Shown: positions 1-9,154, counted from the first letter of the stretch. The stretch is 64,000 bases of DNA from an uncultured Candidatus Binatia bacterium (GCA_965242525.1 OZ251459.1:3456001-3520000); one strand, 5' to 3'. Notes: a model not told the origin generated them from the sequence alone. Numbers and translations: made by a program.

Positions 1-285
1 AGACTCATCGACCAGTTGAAGCGGGAGCGGGCGCCGGCCGTGTTCGGGTCCCGGGTGTTTCCGAGCCCGGTGCTCCGGCAGATTGCCACGGAAGCGGGAA
101 CCGCCTATATCGACAGCTTAAGGGACGACGCCCTCCCGGGGTCTCCCGGCGACCGGGAACACTCCTACACCGGCATGATGGTCGAGAACGTCCGCGCCAT
201 GGTCACCGCCCTCGGCGGCTCGGCCGAGGCCCTGAAGGCCGTGGACCCGGCGCCGGTGGCGGGCGCGCACGCCCGCTACCGGTAG
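1..285 (+). CDS. Metal (Zn/Mn) ABC transporter substrate-binding protein, C-terminal part (5' end outside window)
   Basis: Frame open from base 1; VFGSRVFPSPVLRQIA..LRDDALPG..SYTGMMVENVRAMVTAL is a ZnuA/TroA-type C-terminus; matching ATPase and permease lie downstream. Confidence 0.8.
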   Translation, partial: RLIDQLKRERAPAVFGSRVFPSPVLRQIATEAGTAYIDSLRDDALPGSPGDREHSYTGMMVENVRAMVTALGGSAEALKAVDPAPVAGAHARYR

Positions 286-310
286 GAGGGAAGACGGGCG
301 CCGACGAGCC

Positions 311-455
311 GGAGAACTCCGAACAATCGGGACAGGGGGCATGAGCGCGTCCTTCGACTTCGCTACGCTACGCTCAGGACGAACGGAGATGGGGGCGAAC
401 GGGGACAGGACGGTCAGGGCGAGGGAATCCATCCCGGATGTCTCGATTGCCTTGG
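311..455 (-). mobile_element. Degenerate MITE with REP-A hairpin
   Basis: GGAGAACTCCGAACAATC left end; reverse-complement REP-A core at ~345-385; body matches the 3983-4117 and 4919-5069 copies. Confidence 0.75.
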
Positions 456-470
456 AGCAGGGGCCATCTG

Positions 471-756
471 ACAGGAAGAAAGCCGGGATGAAGGGCCTGT
501 AAACAGGGACGGCCACCGCGCTGTCATGCTGTTTGCGGCGGCAGCTACTCCAGGAGCTTCCATACCCCCGTTCGTCCTGAGCGTAGCGTAGCGTAGTCGA
601 AGGACGCGCTTTTACAGGAAGAAAGCCGGGATGAAGGGCCTGTAAACAGGGACGGCTACCGCGCTATCATGCTGTTTGCGGCGGCAGCTACTCCAGGAGC
701 TTCCATATCCCCGTTCGTCCTGAGCGTAGCGTAGCGTAGTCGAAGGACGCGCTTTC
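471..756 (+). repeat. Tandem duplication of a 143-bp unit (element C + REP-A)
   Basis: ACAGGAAGAAAGCCGGGATGAAGGGCCTGTAAACAGGG...GCAGCTACTCCAGGAGCTTCC + REP-A starts at 471 and again at 614; third element C copy at 13445-13523. Confidence 0.9.
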
Positions 757-878
757 CCGCAGGGGATGAAGTTCGAGCCGGAATGGATCAGGAGTTCCCG
801 GGCGCGGACGAGCCCCGCAGCCCGGAGCGGCTTCAGCAGCCCCTTCGGGGCCAAGCGCGGCGGAAAGGAAGGCATCCG

Positions 879-1910
879 ATGATCGACGTGGACTACCCCA
901 TCATCGACGGCGACGGCCATGTGGTGGAGCCGGACGGGGAGATGGCCGAGTACCTGCCGGAACGGTTCCGGCGCATCCCCGGCAACCGCGAGTACTCGCT
1001 GTTCCCGCAGGACGCGTGGGCGTTCGGAGTGGTGGACCCGCACAAGCAGGACGTGCCGGACGCGGCCATGTGGCTGAGCTTCCTGGACGAGGCCGGCATC
1101 AGCGCCACCGTGCTGTACCCCAGCAACGCCGCGGCCGTGGGCATGGTGCGGCGGGTGGAATGGTCGGTGGACTTGGCGCGGGCCTACAACGACTGGCTGC
1201 ACGACAAGTTCCTGCGCCGGAGCGACCGCCTGCTCGGGGTCGCACTGTTGCCGGTGCACGACGTGGCGGCCTGTGTCACGGAGCTGCGCCGCTGCGTCGG
1301 CGAGATGGGCTTCGTGGGCGCGGTGCTGCCGTCCATCTCGTCGCCGCTGATGGCCTACGGCAACCCGGAGTTCGACCCCATCTACGCAACCGCCGCGGAG
1401 ATCGACACCATGATCGCGGTGCACGGCGGCTTCGTGGGCGCCCACAACTTCGCCGACCCGTTGCGGACCTATCGGGAGGTCCGGGCCCTCAAGCACGTGG
1501 TCCCGCTCATGAGCCACGCCACCAGCATGATCTCCCAGGGGGTGTTCGACCGCTACCCGAACCTGCGGGTGGCCTACCTGGAGGCGGGCTGCGGCTGGGT
1601 GCCGTACCTGATGGACGTGCTCGACGAGCAGTTCGAGCGCAAGGGCGCCGGCGACCTCGAGCGCAAGCCCAGCGAGTACCTGATGGACCCCAACGTCTAT
1701 TTCTCCTTCGAGATCGAGGAGCGGACCCTGCCGTTCTTCATCCGGCTCCTGGGCGACGAGAAGCTCGTGTGGCCGTCGGACTACCCCCACGAAAGGGCGC
1801 GGGCGGAGTTCTTCGGCGACCTGCCCGCGTTCTTCGCCCGCGAGGACGTGTCGGCCGATTCCCGGCGCAGGATCCTGTCGGAGAACCCCAAGCGGCTGTA
1901 CCGGCTGTAG
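879..1910 (+). CDS. Amidohydrolase_2 family (LigW/ACMSD-like) metal-dependent hydrolase/decarboxylase
   Basis: IIDGDGHV, RAYNDWL, LEAGCGW, WPSDYPH motifs; ATG 879 with GGAAGG upstream. Confidence 0.9.
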   Translation: MIDVDYPIIDGDGHVVEPDGEMAEYLPERFRRIPGNREYSLFPQDAWAFGVVDPHKQDVPDAAMWLSFLDEAGISATVLYPSNAAAVGMVRRVEWSVDLARAYNDWLHDKFLRRSDRLLGVALLPVHDVAACVTELRRCVGEMGFVGAVLPSISSPLMAYGNPEFDPIYATAAEIDTMIAVHGGFVGAHNFADPLRTYREVRALKHVVPLMSHATSMISQGVFDRYPNLRVAYLEAGCGWVPYLMDVLDEQFERKGAGDLERKPSEYLMDPNVYFSFEIEERTLPFFIRLLGDEKLVWPSDYPHERARAEFFGDLPAFFAREDVSADSRRRILSENPKRLYRL

Positions 1911-2036
1911 GAGCCTGCCCGAGCGAGCGGGAAATTGTCGGGAGGCGGGCGAACGGGTCCCTTTCGGGTGGGATGACGGGCCCCGGCGGCGCCGGACAGG
2001 GAAGCGAGGCATGGGTAGAAGCGATGAATCCCGAAA

Positions 2037-2146
2037 GGAAACCCTGAACGATTACCCCCGTTCGTCCTGAGCGTAGCGTAGCGAAGTCGAAGGACGCGCT
2101 TTCCCGCAGGGAGAGGGAATTCGAGTCGGAATTGATCAGGCATCCC
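2037..2146 (+). mobile_element. MITE with REP-A
   Basis: GGAAACCCTGAACGATT ... REP-A ... AATTGATCAGGCATCCC; same subtype as 48537-48647. Confidence 0.8.
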
Positions 2147-3010
2147 GAAAAGCACACGGACAGGGTCCACCGAGTACACGGGCGGCTCCACGGCCATCCC
2201 CACGGAGCGGGCCGGGAATGGAGCGAGCGGGGGCGGCCCATCGTGGAGTTGGCGGACGTGTCCAGCGGGTACCGGCGCGCCCCGGCCATCGCCCACGTGG
2301 ACCTGAAGCTCTGGCCGGCCCAGTTCCTGGCGGTGGTGGGACCCAACGGCGGCGGCAAGACCACGCTGCTCCGAACCATACTGGGGCGGCTGCGGCCCAG
2401 GGAAGGCCGAGTCACCCTCGACGGGAGACCGGCCAACGGCTCGTCCCCGGCGTCCGTGGGGTACGTGCCGCAACTGGAACAGATCGACATGGGCTTCCCC
2501 ATCACGGTGGAAGAGGTGGTGCTCATGGGCCTGTCGCGGCAACGCCCGTGGTATCGCCGCATCGCGGCCGCGGACCGGGACCGGGCGCGCGAGACCATGC
2601 AGCGGCTCAACCTGCTGGAGCTGCGCCAACGCCAGATCCGGGAGTTGTCCGGAGGCCAGCAACAGGCGGTGTTCATCGCCCGGGCGCTGTTGGGGGACCC
2701 GGAACTGATCCTGCTCGACGAGCCCACCTCCGGCCTGGACATGCGCTCCCGGGACGAACTGGTCCACTTCCTCCACGAGATCAACCACTCGGGCGTCGCC
2801 ATCCTCATCACCAGCCACGACCTCAACTGGGTGGCCGCGCACCTGCCCTGGGTGGTGTGCCTCAACCGGCGCATCATCGCCGAAGGCGAACCCCAGGAGG
2901 TGTTCACCCCCCGGGTCCTGGGCGAGACCTACAAGGGCGAGATGGTGGTGTTCCAGCACCGCGGCATGATCGTGGTGGGCGAGCGGCCCCACTCCCCCAA
3001 CGGCGCATGA
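2132..3010 (+). CDS. Metal ABC transporter ATP-binding protein (ZnuC-like); true start uncertain, possibly ~2243
   Basis: Walker A GPNGGGKT, signature LSGGQQQ, Walker B ILLDEP, H-loop TSHD. Confidence 0.9.
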   Translation: MIRHPEKHTDRVHRVHGRLHGHPHGAGREWSERGRPIVELADVSSGYRRAPAIAHVDLKLWPAQFLAVVGPNGGGKTTLLRTILGRLRPREGRVTLDGRPANGSSPASVGYVPQLEQIDMGFPITVEEVVLMGLSRQRPWYRRIAAADRDRARETMQRLNLLELRQRQIRELSGGQQQAVFIARALLGDPELILLDEPTSGLDMRSRDELVHFLHEINHSGVAILITSHDLNWVAAHLPWVVCLNRRIIAEGEPQEVFTPRVLGETYKGEMVVFQHRGMIVVGERPHSPNGA

Positions 3011-3104
3011 CGCCCGTCTCCATGGGCCCCCCGGCCATGCGCCTCCGCCCGCGGCCTCCGCGCCGGCGGCCCCGCGGCCGCCTCCCCTGCCCCGGAGACC
3101 CCCG

Positions 3105-3923
3105 GTGACGGTCCTCCTGGAGCCGTTCGGCTACGAGTTCTTCCGCAACGGCATGGCCGCCGCGGTCATCGTGGGGGCGGTGTGCGGGTTCGTGGGGGTC
3201 TATGTGGTGCTGAGGCGCATGAGCTACATCGGCCACGGCCTCGCCCACGCGCTCTTCGGCGGCGCGGTCCTGAGCGCCATGGTCGGCATCCACTTCTTCG
3301 TCGGCGCCGGCGTCTGGGCGCTGGTCAACGCCGTGCTGATCCACCTCATCAGCCACCGCCGGCTGGTGGGCGCCGACGCCGCCATCGGGGTGGTGACCAC
3401 ATCCAGCTTCGCCCTGGGGGTGGCCCTGGTCTCCACCTACCGGCGGTTCACCCTGGACTTCGAGGCCGCCCTCTTCGGCAACCTCCTGGGCATCACCGCC
3501 GTGGACCTCTGGGTCATGGCCGCGACCGCCGCGGCGGTGGCCGCGGTGATGGCGGTCATCCGCCGCCAACTCCTGTTCTCGACCTTCGACCCCGAGGTGG
3601 CCCCCGCATACGGCATCTCCACCGGGCGCACGGAGCTCGTCTTCATCCTGGTGCTGGCGGCGACCATCGTGGCCTCCACCCGGGTCCTGGGCGTCACCCT
3701 GGTGTCCGCCGCGGTGGTCATCCCCCCGGTCATCGCTCGTTACCTGACCCGGCGCTTCCGCACCCTCCTGCTCGCGGCCCCGGTCATCGGCGCCCTGTGC
3801 GCGGCCGCGGGCATGTACGCGAGCTACTTCATCGACGTCTCGTCGGGCGCCATGATCGTGCTCACCTTCGCGCTGGCGTTCGTCCTGGCGGGGAGCCGCC
3901 GGTGGCTCCGCAGGAACCCGTAG
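3105..3923 (+). CDS. Metal ABC transporter permease (ZnuB/MntB-like)
   Basis: VVLRRMSYIGHGLAH, DAAIG, TFDPEVA; multiple hydrophobic segments. Confidence 0.9.
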   Translation: MTVLLEPFGYEFFRNGMAAAVIVGAVCGFVGVYVVLRRMSYIGHGLAHALFGGAVLSAMVGIHFFVGAGVWALVNAVLIHLISHRRLVGADAAIGVVTTSSFALGVALVSTYRRFTLDFEAALFGNLLGITAVDLWVMAATAAAVAAVMAVIRRQLLFSTFDPEVAPAYGISTGRTELVFILVLAATIVASTRVLGVTLVSAAVVIPPVIARYLTRRFRTLLLAAPVIGALCAAAGMYASYFIDVSSGAMIVLTFALAFVLAGSRRWLRRNP

Positions 3924-3982
3924 GCGGGGGGTTTGGAGGGCGCGCCTGCAATCGCGGCGCGATCGTGGTTAGATTGGGGAAA

Positions 3983-4117
3983 GGAACCTCCGAACAATCG
4001 GGACAGGGGGGCGTGAGGGCGTCCTTCGACTCCGCTTCGCTACGCTCAGGACGAACGGGGATAGGAGGGTCAGGGTGAGGCAGTCCATCCCGGATGTCTC
4101 GATTGTTCAGCGGCTCC
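3983..4117 (-). mobile_element. MITE with REP-A
   Basis: TIRs GGAACCTCCGAACAATC / GATTGTTCAGCGGCTCC. Confidence 0.85.
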
Positions 4118-4225
4118 GGAGATAGAAGGAAGGGTCATGTGAGGGAATATGCCCTCACCCATTGTTCGAATGGTCGGAGTTTCCCTGGAACCGGGGAACC
4201 GCGGAACTGCGAATCGGGATACGGA

Positions 4226-4918
4226 TTGGGACTCCTTCGGAACAACGGGAACCGGCTCCGGGCGGGCATCGCCGTTGCGGGCGTCCTTGCCTTGGCCCTT
4301 TGGGCGGGCCTTGCGCGGGCGGATGCAGCGCCACGCCACCGGGAGGACGACCGCCGGACCGTCTCCCGGAACTGGAGCCAGGCGGGGAAGGTCTTGTTCC
4401 ACGCCGAAGTCAGGGAAGGGCTGCCGTCCCGGTCCGAAGGCGCGCTGGAGGTCCGGGTCAAGGACCACCGGAACGCCATCGACGACTTCCGCACCCTCGA
4501 CTTGAGCTTCGGAGCGCTCCGGCTTGCGCCGGAGCCGGGCATGAAGTCCTCGGACCCCGGGTGGTTGGAGCTGGCGCCCCTGCTGGACCGGCTGGATCTG
4601 ACCCGGTACAAGGACGGAACCGCGGCCGCCACCGTGTACCGCCACCGGCTTCGGCCCCGGCGCTTCGCCGCGGTGGACCTGCAGGTGACCGGGGTCCGCG
4701 GGGTGCTCGCGAAGACCGGCGGGGCGGTCCCGGTCAGGAACGCCGTGGGACCCATCCGCCTGGAATTCGAGGTCAAGCCGGACGTCACCACCGCGGTGGT
4801 CCTGGACTTGGAAGTGCTCGACTTGAGCGACCACCCCGGGCGCGGTTACGAGCTCCTGCTCAAGGGGTACGAGCTTTACGAGGATGGCAGGCTGCTGGAA
4901 AGGATACCGCCCGGTTAG
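4226..4918 (+). CDS. Exported protein, DUF4382-like (start uncertain)
   Basis: Signal-like GIAVAGVLALALWAGLARA; GALEVRVKDH..IDDFRTLDL and FEVKPDVTTAVVLDLEV resemble DUF4382; lies next to an SCO gene. Confidence 0.55.
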   Translation: MGLLRNNGNRLRAGIAVAGVLALALWAGLARADAAPRHREDDRRTVSRNWSQAGKVLFHAEVREGLPSRSEGALEVRVKDHRNAIDDFRTLDLSFGALRLAPEPGMKSSDPGWLELAPLLDRLDLTRYKDGTAAATVYRHRLRPRRFAAVDLQVTGVRGVLAKTGGAVPVRNAVGPIRLEFEVKPDVTTAVVLDLEVLDLSDHPGRGYELLLKGYELYEDGRLLERIPPG

Positions 4919-5069
4919 GGAACCTCTGAACAATCGAGAAATCCAGGATGGTCCAGGATGGATTCCCGATTCCCTCGCCCTGACGCCCCTATCCCCGTTC
5001 GTCCTGAGCGTAGCGAAGCGGAGTCGAAGGACGCGCTCATGCCCCCTGTCCGGATTGTTCAGAGGTTCC
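4919..5069 (+). mobile_element. Intact 151-bp IS5-like MITE with REP-A and TTAG target duplication
   Basis: Perfect 17-bp TIRs GGAACCTCTGAACAATC / GATTGTTCAGAGGTTCC; TTAG at 4915-4918 and 5070-5073. Confidence 0.93.
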
Positions 5070-5233
5070 TTAGGAGCCTGCCCCGGTAAGCGAATGGCAG
5101 CGAAAGGCAGAGGACCGGGGGGAGGCAGCCCCGGAAGGCGTTTGCTCCGACAGACTCCCGGCCTGTGCCGGAGCGGAGGCGGACGGGCGGCCGGAAGCGC
5201 GGGGGAAGTTCGGGGCGGGGCGGAGGAGCAACG

Positions 5234-5884
5234 GTGACGCGACGACGATTGGTGGTGCAGGTGACCGTGGGGGCGGTCCTGTCCCTGGTGCTGGCGGGGC
5301 TGGTGGTCCACCAGCTCCGCACGCCCCCGGAGGCACAGCGCCAACCCGCGCTGGAGCAACTGGCCCGGTACGGTCCCGCGCCCCGGTTCTCCCTCGTGGA
5401 ACGGAGCGGCAGGCCCGTGTCGGCCGGCGACCTCCGGGGCCGGGTGTGGATCGCGGACTTCATCTACACCGAGTGCAAGGACACCTGTCCGCTCCAGAGC
5501 CGCGCCATGGCCGCGCTGCAGGCGGACCTCCGGTCCTACGAGGACCTCCGCTTGGTGTCCGTCACCGTGGATCCGCTCACGGACACCCCCGAGACGCTGG
5601 CGCGGTACGCGAACCGGTACGGCGCCGACCCGGAACGCTGGCTGTTCCTCACCGGCGGCCTGGAGGAGATCCGGCGCATGGTGCAGGACGGCTTCCGCCT
5701 GAGCGCGACGCCCGCGGGCGGCGGGACCCCGGACCCGGTGGTCTTCCACAGCGCGCGCTTCGTGCTGGTGGACCGCACCGGCGAGATCCGCGGTTACTAC
5801 GACAGCAACGACCCGGAAGCGTTGAAGCGTCTGCGCGAAAACGCCCGCGGCCTGCTGGCCGGGGACGCCCCGGGAAAGCGGTGA
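5234..5884 (+). CDS. SCO1/SenC family copper chaperone
   Basis: N-terminal TM segment, FIYTECKDTCP (CxxxC), VTVDPLTDTP, conserved HSARFVLVD. Confidence 0.92.
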   Translation: MTRRRLVVQVTVGAVLSLVLAGLVVHQLRTPPEAQRQPALEQLARYGPAPRFSLVERSGRPVSAGDLRGRVWIADFIYTECKDTCPLQSRAMAALQADLRSYEDLRLVSVTVDPLTDTPETLARYANRYGADPERWLFLTGGLEEIRRMVQDGFRLSATPAGGGTPDPVVFHSARFVLVDRTGEIRGYYDSNDPEALKRLRENARGLLAGDAPGKR

Positions 5885-5910
5885 CCTCCCAGGATGCTTG
5901 GGGAACCATG

Positions 5911-6079
5911 GGAACCTCTGAACAATCGAGACATCCGGGATGGATTCCCGATTCCCTCACCCTGACGCCCCTATCCCCGTTCGTCCTGGGCGGAGCGGAG
6001 ACCCCCGTTCATCCTGAGCGTAGCGTAGCGGAGTCGAAGGACGCGCTTGTGCCCCCTGTCCGGATTGTTCAGAGGTTCC
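5911..6079 (+). mobile_element. MITE with partly duplicated REP-A
   Basis: Perfect TIRs as in 4919-5069; internal partial duplication of the hairpin start; no exact TSD. Confidence 0.9.
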
Positions 6080-6095
6080 TGTGAACAATGATCCT

Positions 6096-6139
6096 CGTTC
6101 GTCCTGAGCGTAGCGTAGCGAAGTCGAAGGACGCGCTTC
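6096..6139 (+). repeat. Solo REP-A
   Basis: CGTTCGTCCTGAGCGTAGCGTAGCGAAGTCGAAGGACGCG. Confidence 0.9.
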
Positions 6140-6156
6140 CTGGGAACATCGAGTCC

Positions 6157-7005
6157 ATGGAGAAGTCTTCGCCGTTATCGGAAACTTCGAGTGAGGGGAT
6201 GCGCGAGGCGGGATCCGTGAACGATCACAGCCGTTTGGAGAGTTTCTTCGGTTCGTTGAACCGGCGATTGTCGGAAGCCGCGGAAGCCGGCAGCCGCCGG
6301 CTGGAACGGTTCTTCCTCGAATTGAAACCGCGGCTCGAAGCCGCACGGTGGTTGGAAGCCGAGCGGGACCGGCGGTTCGCGCCCAGGTTCAACGTGCTCG
6401 ACCTCGTGCAGCCGGACGAACTGAGGCTGTCACGAATCATCGCGGGCCTGCTGGATCCGAAGGGCAAGCATGGACAAGGCGCGTGGTTCCTGCGCTGCCT
6501 GCTGGACAAGTTGCAGTTCGATTTCGACGGGGACGACGAGGATCTGAATCGCAGCCATGTGACCCTCGAATCGACGAACGAGGACCAGAGCCGTCTCGAC
6601 ATCAAGGTGGAAATCGGCCACCGCCATTGCCTGGCCATCGAGAATAAACCGTGGGCCAAGGACCAGACGAACCAAGTCGGGGACTACCTGAAGGCGCTGG
6701 AAAAGTACGAATCCCATCTTCTGATCTACCTGTCGGGGAACGGCAAAGGGCCAGGCGAAGACAGCCTTGGGAAAGCGGAGCGGGAGCGACTCGCAGAGCA
6801 GCTCGCGGGGGGACGGCGGCGTTTCGCCATCCTGCCGTACCGGGCGGCTGCGAAACTCGACGACGAGTTCAGCGATTTCCGCCCGGGCTTCTCCCTTGCG
6901 GACTGGCTGGCAGAGTGCCGCACGAAGTGCGACGCAGACAAGCTGCGCTGGTTTCTGCGCGATGTCGAAGACTATTGCCAACACCATTTGGAGGGAAGCC
7001 AATGA
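6157..7005 (+). CDS. PD-(D/E)XK nuclease family protein (PDDEXK_4-like)
   Basis: FNVLD..DELRLSRIIAGLLDPKGKHGQG, RLDI..LAIENK..DQTNQVGDY. Confidence 0.85.
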   Translation: MEKSSPLSETSSEGMREAGSVNDHSRLESFFGSLNRRLSEAAEAGSRRLERFFLELKPRLEAARWLEAERDRRFAPRFNVLDLVQPDELRLSRIIAGLLDPKGKHGQGAWFLRCLLDKLQFDFDGDDEDLNRSHVTLESTNEDQSRLDIKVEIGHRHCLAIENKPWAKDQTNQVGDYLKALEKYESHLLIYLSGNGKGPGEDSLGKAERERLAEQLAGGRRRFAILPYRAAAKLDDEFSDFRPGFSLADWLAECRTKCDADKLRWFLRDVEDYCQHHLEGSQ

Positions 7006-7625
7006 CGACTGCCGAGCATACGGCGATAAAGGAGTTCGTGCTGGCGCATGACTCGAATTGGGAGACGGCGATGGCCGTCTGCAACGCTTTGCCCGAGATC
7101 AAGAGGGAAGTCTGTGAACCGTTCCTGGAGAAATTGCAGGAGAAGGTGCTCGGCCGGCTAAGGTCGGACAACCTGTTGGTGGACGCCAAGGGTGACTATG
7201 CCTACGGGAAAGGGGCCGCGTCCTATGTGTGCATCTACTCCGGTCGCTGGCGTCCATATGACGGAGGGAAACGAGTGTCCGTCGCGCTTCGTGCGGAGTC
7301 TGCGGCACCAAGCAACTGGTACGTTTGCGTGGCCCACCCTATGTACATCAATGATATGGAGGAGAAAACCAGGGTCCGGTGGAAGGAAATTGCAACGCGG
7401 CTACAGGAAAAACTCAAAGGAAGATTCCAGGGGCACTGGAACGCGTGGTATGGCAAGATTGACGACAAGTACCGGGACTGGGACCCGCTCATTCCGGCAA
7501 TCTACCAGGAACTGCAACGGGAAGAGAGTGGTGAGATCATGCGCTACTTCGTCGAGAAGTTCGTCGAGATCGCCAAAGAAGCCGTGCCCATCATCGACAG
7601 CCTCGAAGTAGAGTCGTCATCGTAG
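7002..7625 (+). CDS. Hypothetical protein translationally coupled to the nuclease
   Basis: ATGA overlap, GGAGG upstream, 207 aa, lower GC. Confidence 0.7.
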   Translation: MTTAEHTAIKEFVLAHDSNWETAMAVCNALPEIKREVCEPFLEKLQEKVLGRLRSDNLLVDAKGDYAYGKGAASYVCIYSGRWRPYDGGKRVSVALRAESAAPSNWYVCVAHPMYINDMEEKTRVRWKEIATRLQEKLKGRFQGHWNAWYGKIDDKYRDWDPLIPAIYQELQREESGEIMRYFVEKFVEIAKEAVPIIDSLEVESSS

Positions 7626-7715
7626 TCGAGCACCGAGACTTCGCTCGATCCACTCAATCTTCCTTGCCCGATTCCACTTCCTGACCGCCTTTCCTCTCTG
7701 GATAGCGCTTTCCAT
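7617..7715 (-). pseudogene. C-terminal remnant of a small GIY-YIG nuclease
   Basis: MESAIQRGKAVRKWNRARKIEWIE resembles the AIxREKxIKxWxRxWKIxLIE tail of small stand-alone GIY-YIG proteins; abuts REP-B. Confidence 0.7.
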
Positions 7716-7977
7716 GGAGATGGATTCCCGCTTTCGCGGGAATGACGGAGGTGGGCGGGCGCGGGAATGACCGGGGGTGAGCGCCTGCGGAATGATGGTG
7801 GGGCGTCCGCAACGCCAAACCGAGGTTCGAGAACTCCCGAAACTTGTCCTGCTAGCGCTTTCCATGGAGATGGATTCCCGCTTTCGCGGGAATGACGGGG
7901 GGTGAGCGCCTGCGGAATGATGGTGGGGCGTCTGCGACGCCAAACCGAGGTTCGAGAACTCCCGAAACTTGTCCTGC
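7703..7977 (-). repeat. Tandem duplicated REP-B unit
   Basis: GGATTCCCGCTTTCGCGGGAATGACG at 7722-7747 and 7872-7897, each followed by near-identical ...GAGGTTCGAGAACTCCCGAAACTTGTCCTGC. Confidence 0.9.
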
Positions 7978-8048
7978 AACCGTCCGGTCTGGTAAGTTCC
8001 ACACAGGCTGTAGGCACCGTGCCGCCAGCACGTCCGCGGAGGGAAATC

Positions 8049-8960
8049 ATGGGCAAGGCATCCGGCAACAAGGCGTCCGGCAGGAAGGGGGGGCGCGCAC
8101 CTCGGCAGCAGGCCCCTGCGCCCATCCCGTGGGGCGGGAACTGGCCGGTGCTGGCCCTGGCCGCGGTCGGGTTGCTGCTCACGGGATACTTGACCGGCAC
8201 CACGTGGTCGGGGGAGAAGGCGGCCTTCTGCGAGGCCGGCGCCGACTGCGACATCGTCCTGAACAGCCGCTGGTCGATGCTGCTCGGGCTGCCCACGTCG
8301 CTCTGGGGATTCCTCGTCTATGCCGCCATCGCCGGCGCGGCCTTCGCCCGGCGCCGGGACAAGCGCTGGAAGCTGTTGGTCGCGGCCTCGCTCTTCGGCG
8401 TGGCGTACAGCGTCTATCTCACGGGCATCTCCCTGTTCCGGCTGGAGGCCGCCTGTCCGTATTGCCTCGCGTCCCTGGGCCTGCTGGCGGCCATTTTCGT
8501 CGTCACCCTGTTCCAGATCCCGCGGGAAAGCCGACGGTTCTCGTGGAAGCCCTGGCTCGGGGCGAGCCTGGGGACGGCCGCGGTCGCGGTGCTGGCCGTC
8601 CACATGGTGTTCTATTCCGGCGCCACGGTCATGGCCTCCGCCAAGGAGGACCCCTGGATGAAGGCCCTGGCCACCCACCTGGAGGAGACCGGCGCCAAGA
8701 TGTACGGAGCGTTCTGGTGCCCCGCCTGCGAGAGCCAGAAGGAGATGTTCGGAGCGTCCGCGGCCCGGCTGCCCTACGTCGAATGCAGTCCCGCGGGACG
8801 CAACGGCCCCACGTCGTCCACGTGCCTGGCCGCCGGAGTCCGTTCCTATCCCACCTGGACCATCGAGGGCCAGCGCCATGTGGGGGTGTTGTCGCCGTCG
8901 GACCTGGCGGACCGCTCCGGCTTCCCCGGCGTCGAGGCGCCGGCAAGGGACGGCGGTTGA
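8049..8960 (+). CDS. Vitamin K epoxide reductase (VKOR) fused to a thioredoxin-like domain
   Basis: C..CDIVLNSRWS, CPYC, MYGAFWCPAC, YVEC, SYPTW. Confidence 0.92.
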   Translation: MGKASGNKASGRKGGRAPRQQAPAPIPWGGNWPVLALAAVGLLLTGYLTGTTWSGEKAAFCEAGADCDIVLNSRWSMLLGLPTSLWGFLVYAAIAGAAFARRRDKRWKLLVAASLFGVAYSVYLTGISLFRLEAACPYCLASLGLLAAIFVVTLFQIPRESRRFSWKPWLGASLGTAAVAVLAVHMVFYSGATVMASAKEDPWMKALATHLEETGAKMYGAFWCPACESQKEMFGASAARLPYVECSPAGRNGPTSSTCLAAGVRSYPTWTIEGQRHVGVLSPSDLADRSGFPGVEAPARDGG

Positions 8961-9017
8961 CCCTGCGTCGGTAACCGGCCTCCATCGGACCGGGGCCGGC
9001 CCGCCGGGGCCGTCCAG

Positions 9018-9150
9018 GGAACCTCTGAACCATCGAGACATCCGGGATGGATTCCCTCACCCTGACCGTCCTGTCCCCGTTCGTCCCGAGCGCAGCGAAG
9101 CGGAGTCGAAGGACGCGCTCTTGCCTCCGTCCCGATCGTCCAGAGGTTCC
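9018..9150 (+). mobile_element. MITE with REP-A
   Basis: GGAACCTCTGAACCATC / GATCGTCCAGAGGTTCC. Confidence 0.88.
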
Positions 9151-9154
9151 CTGA

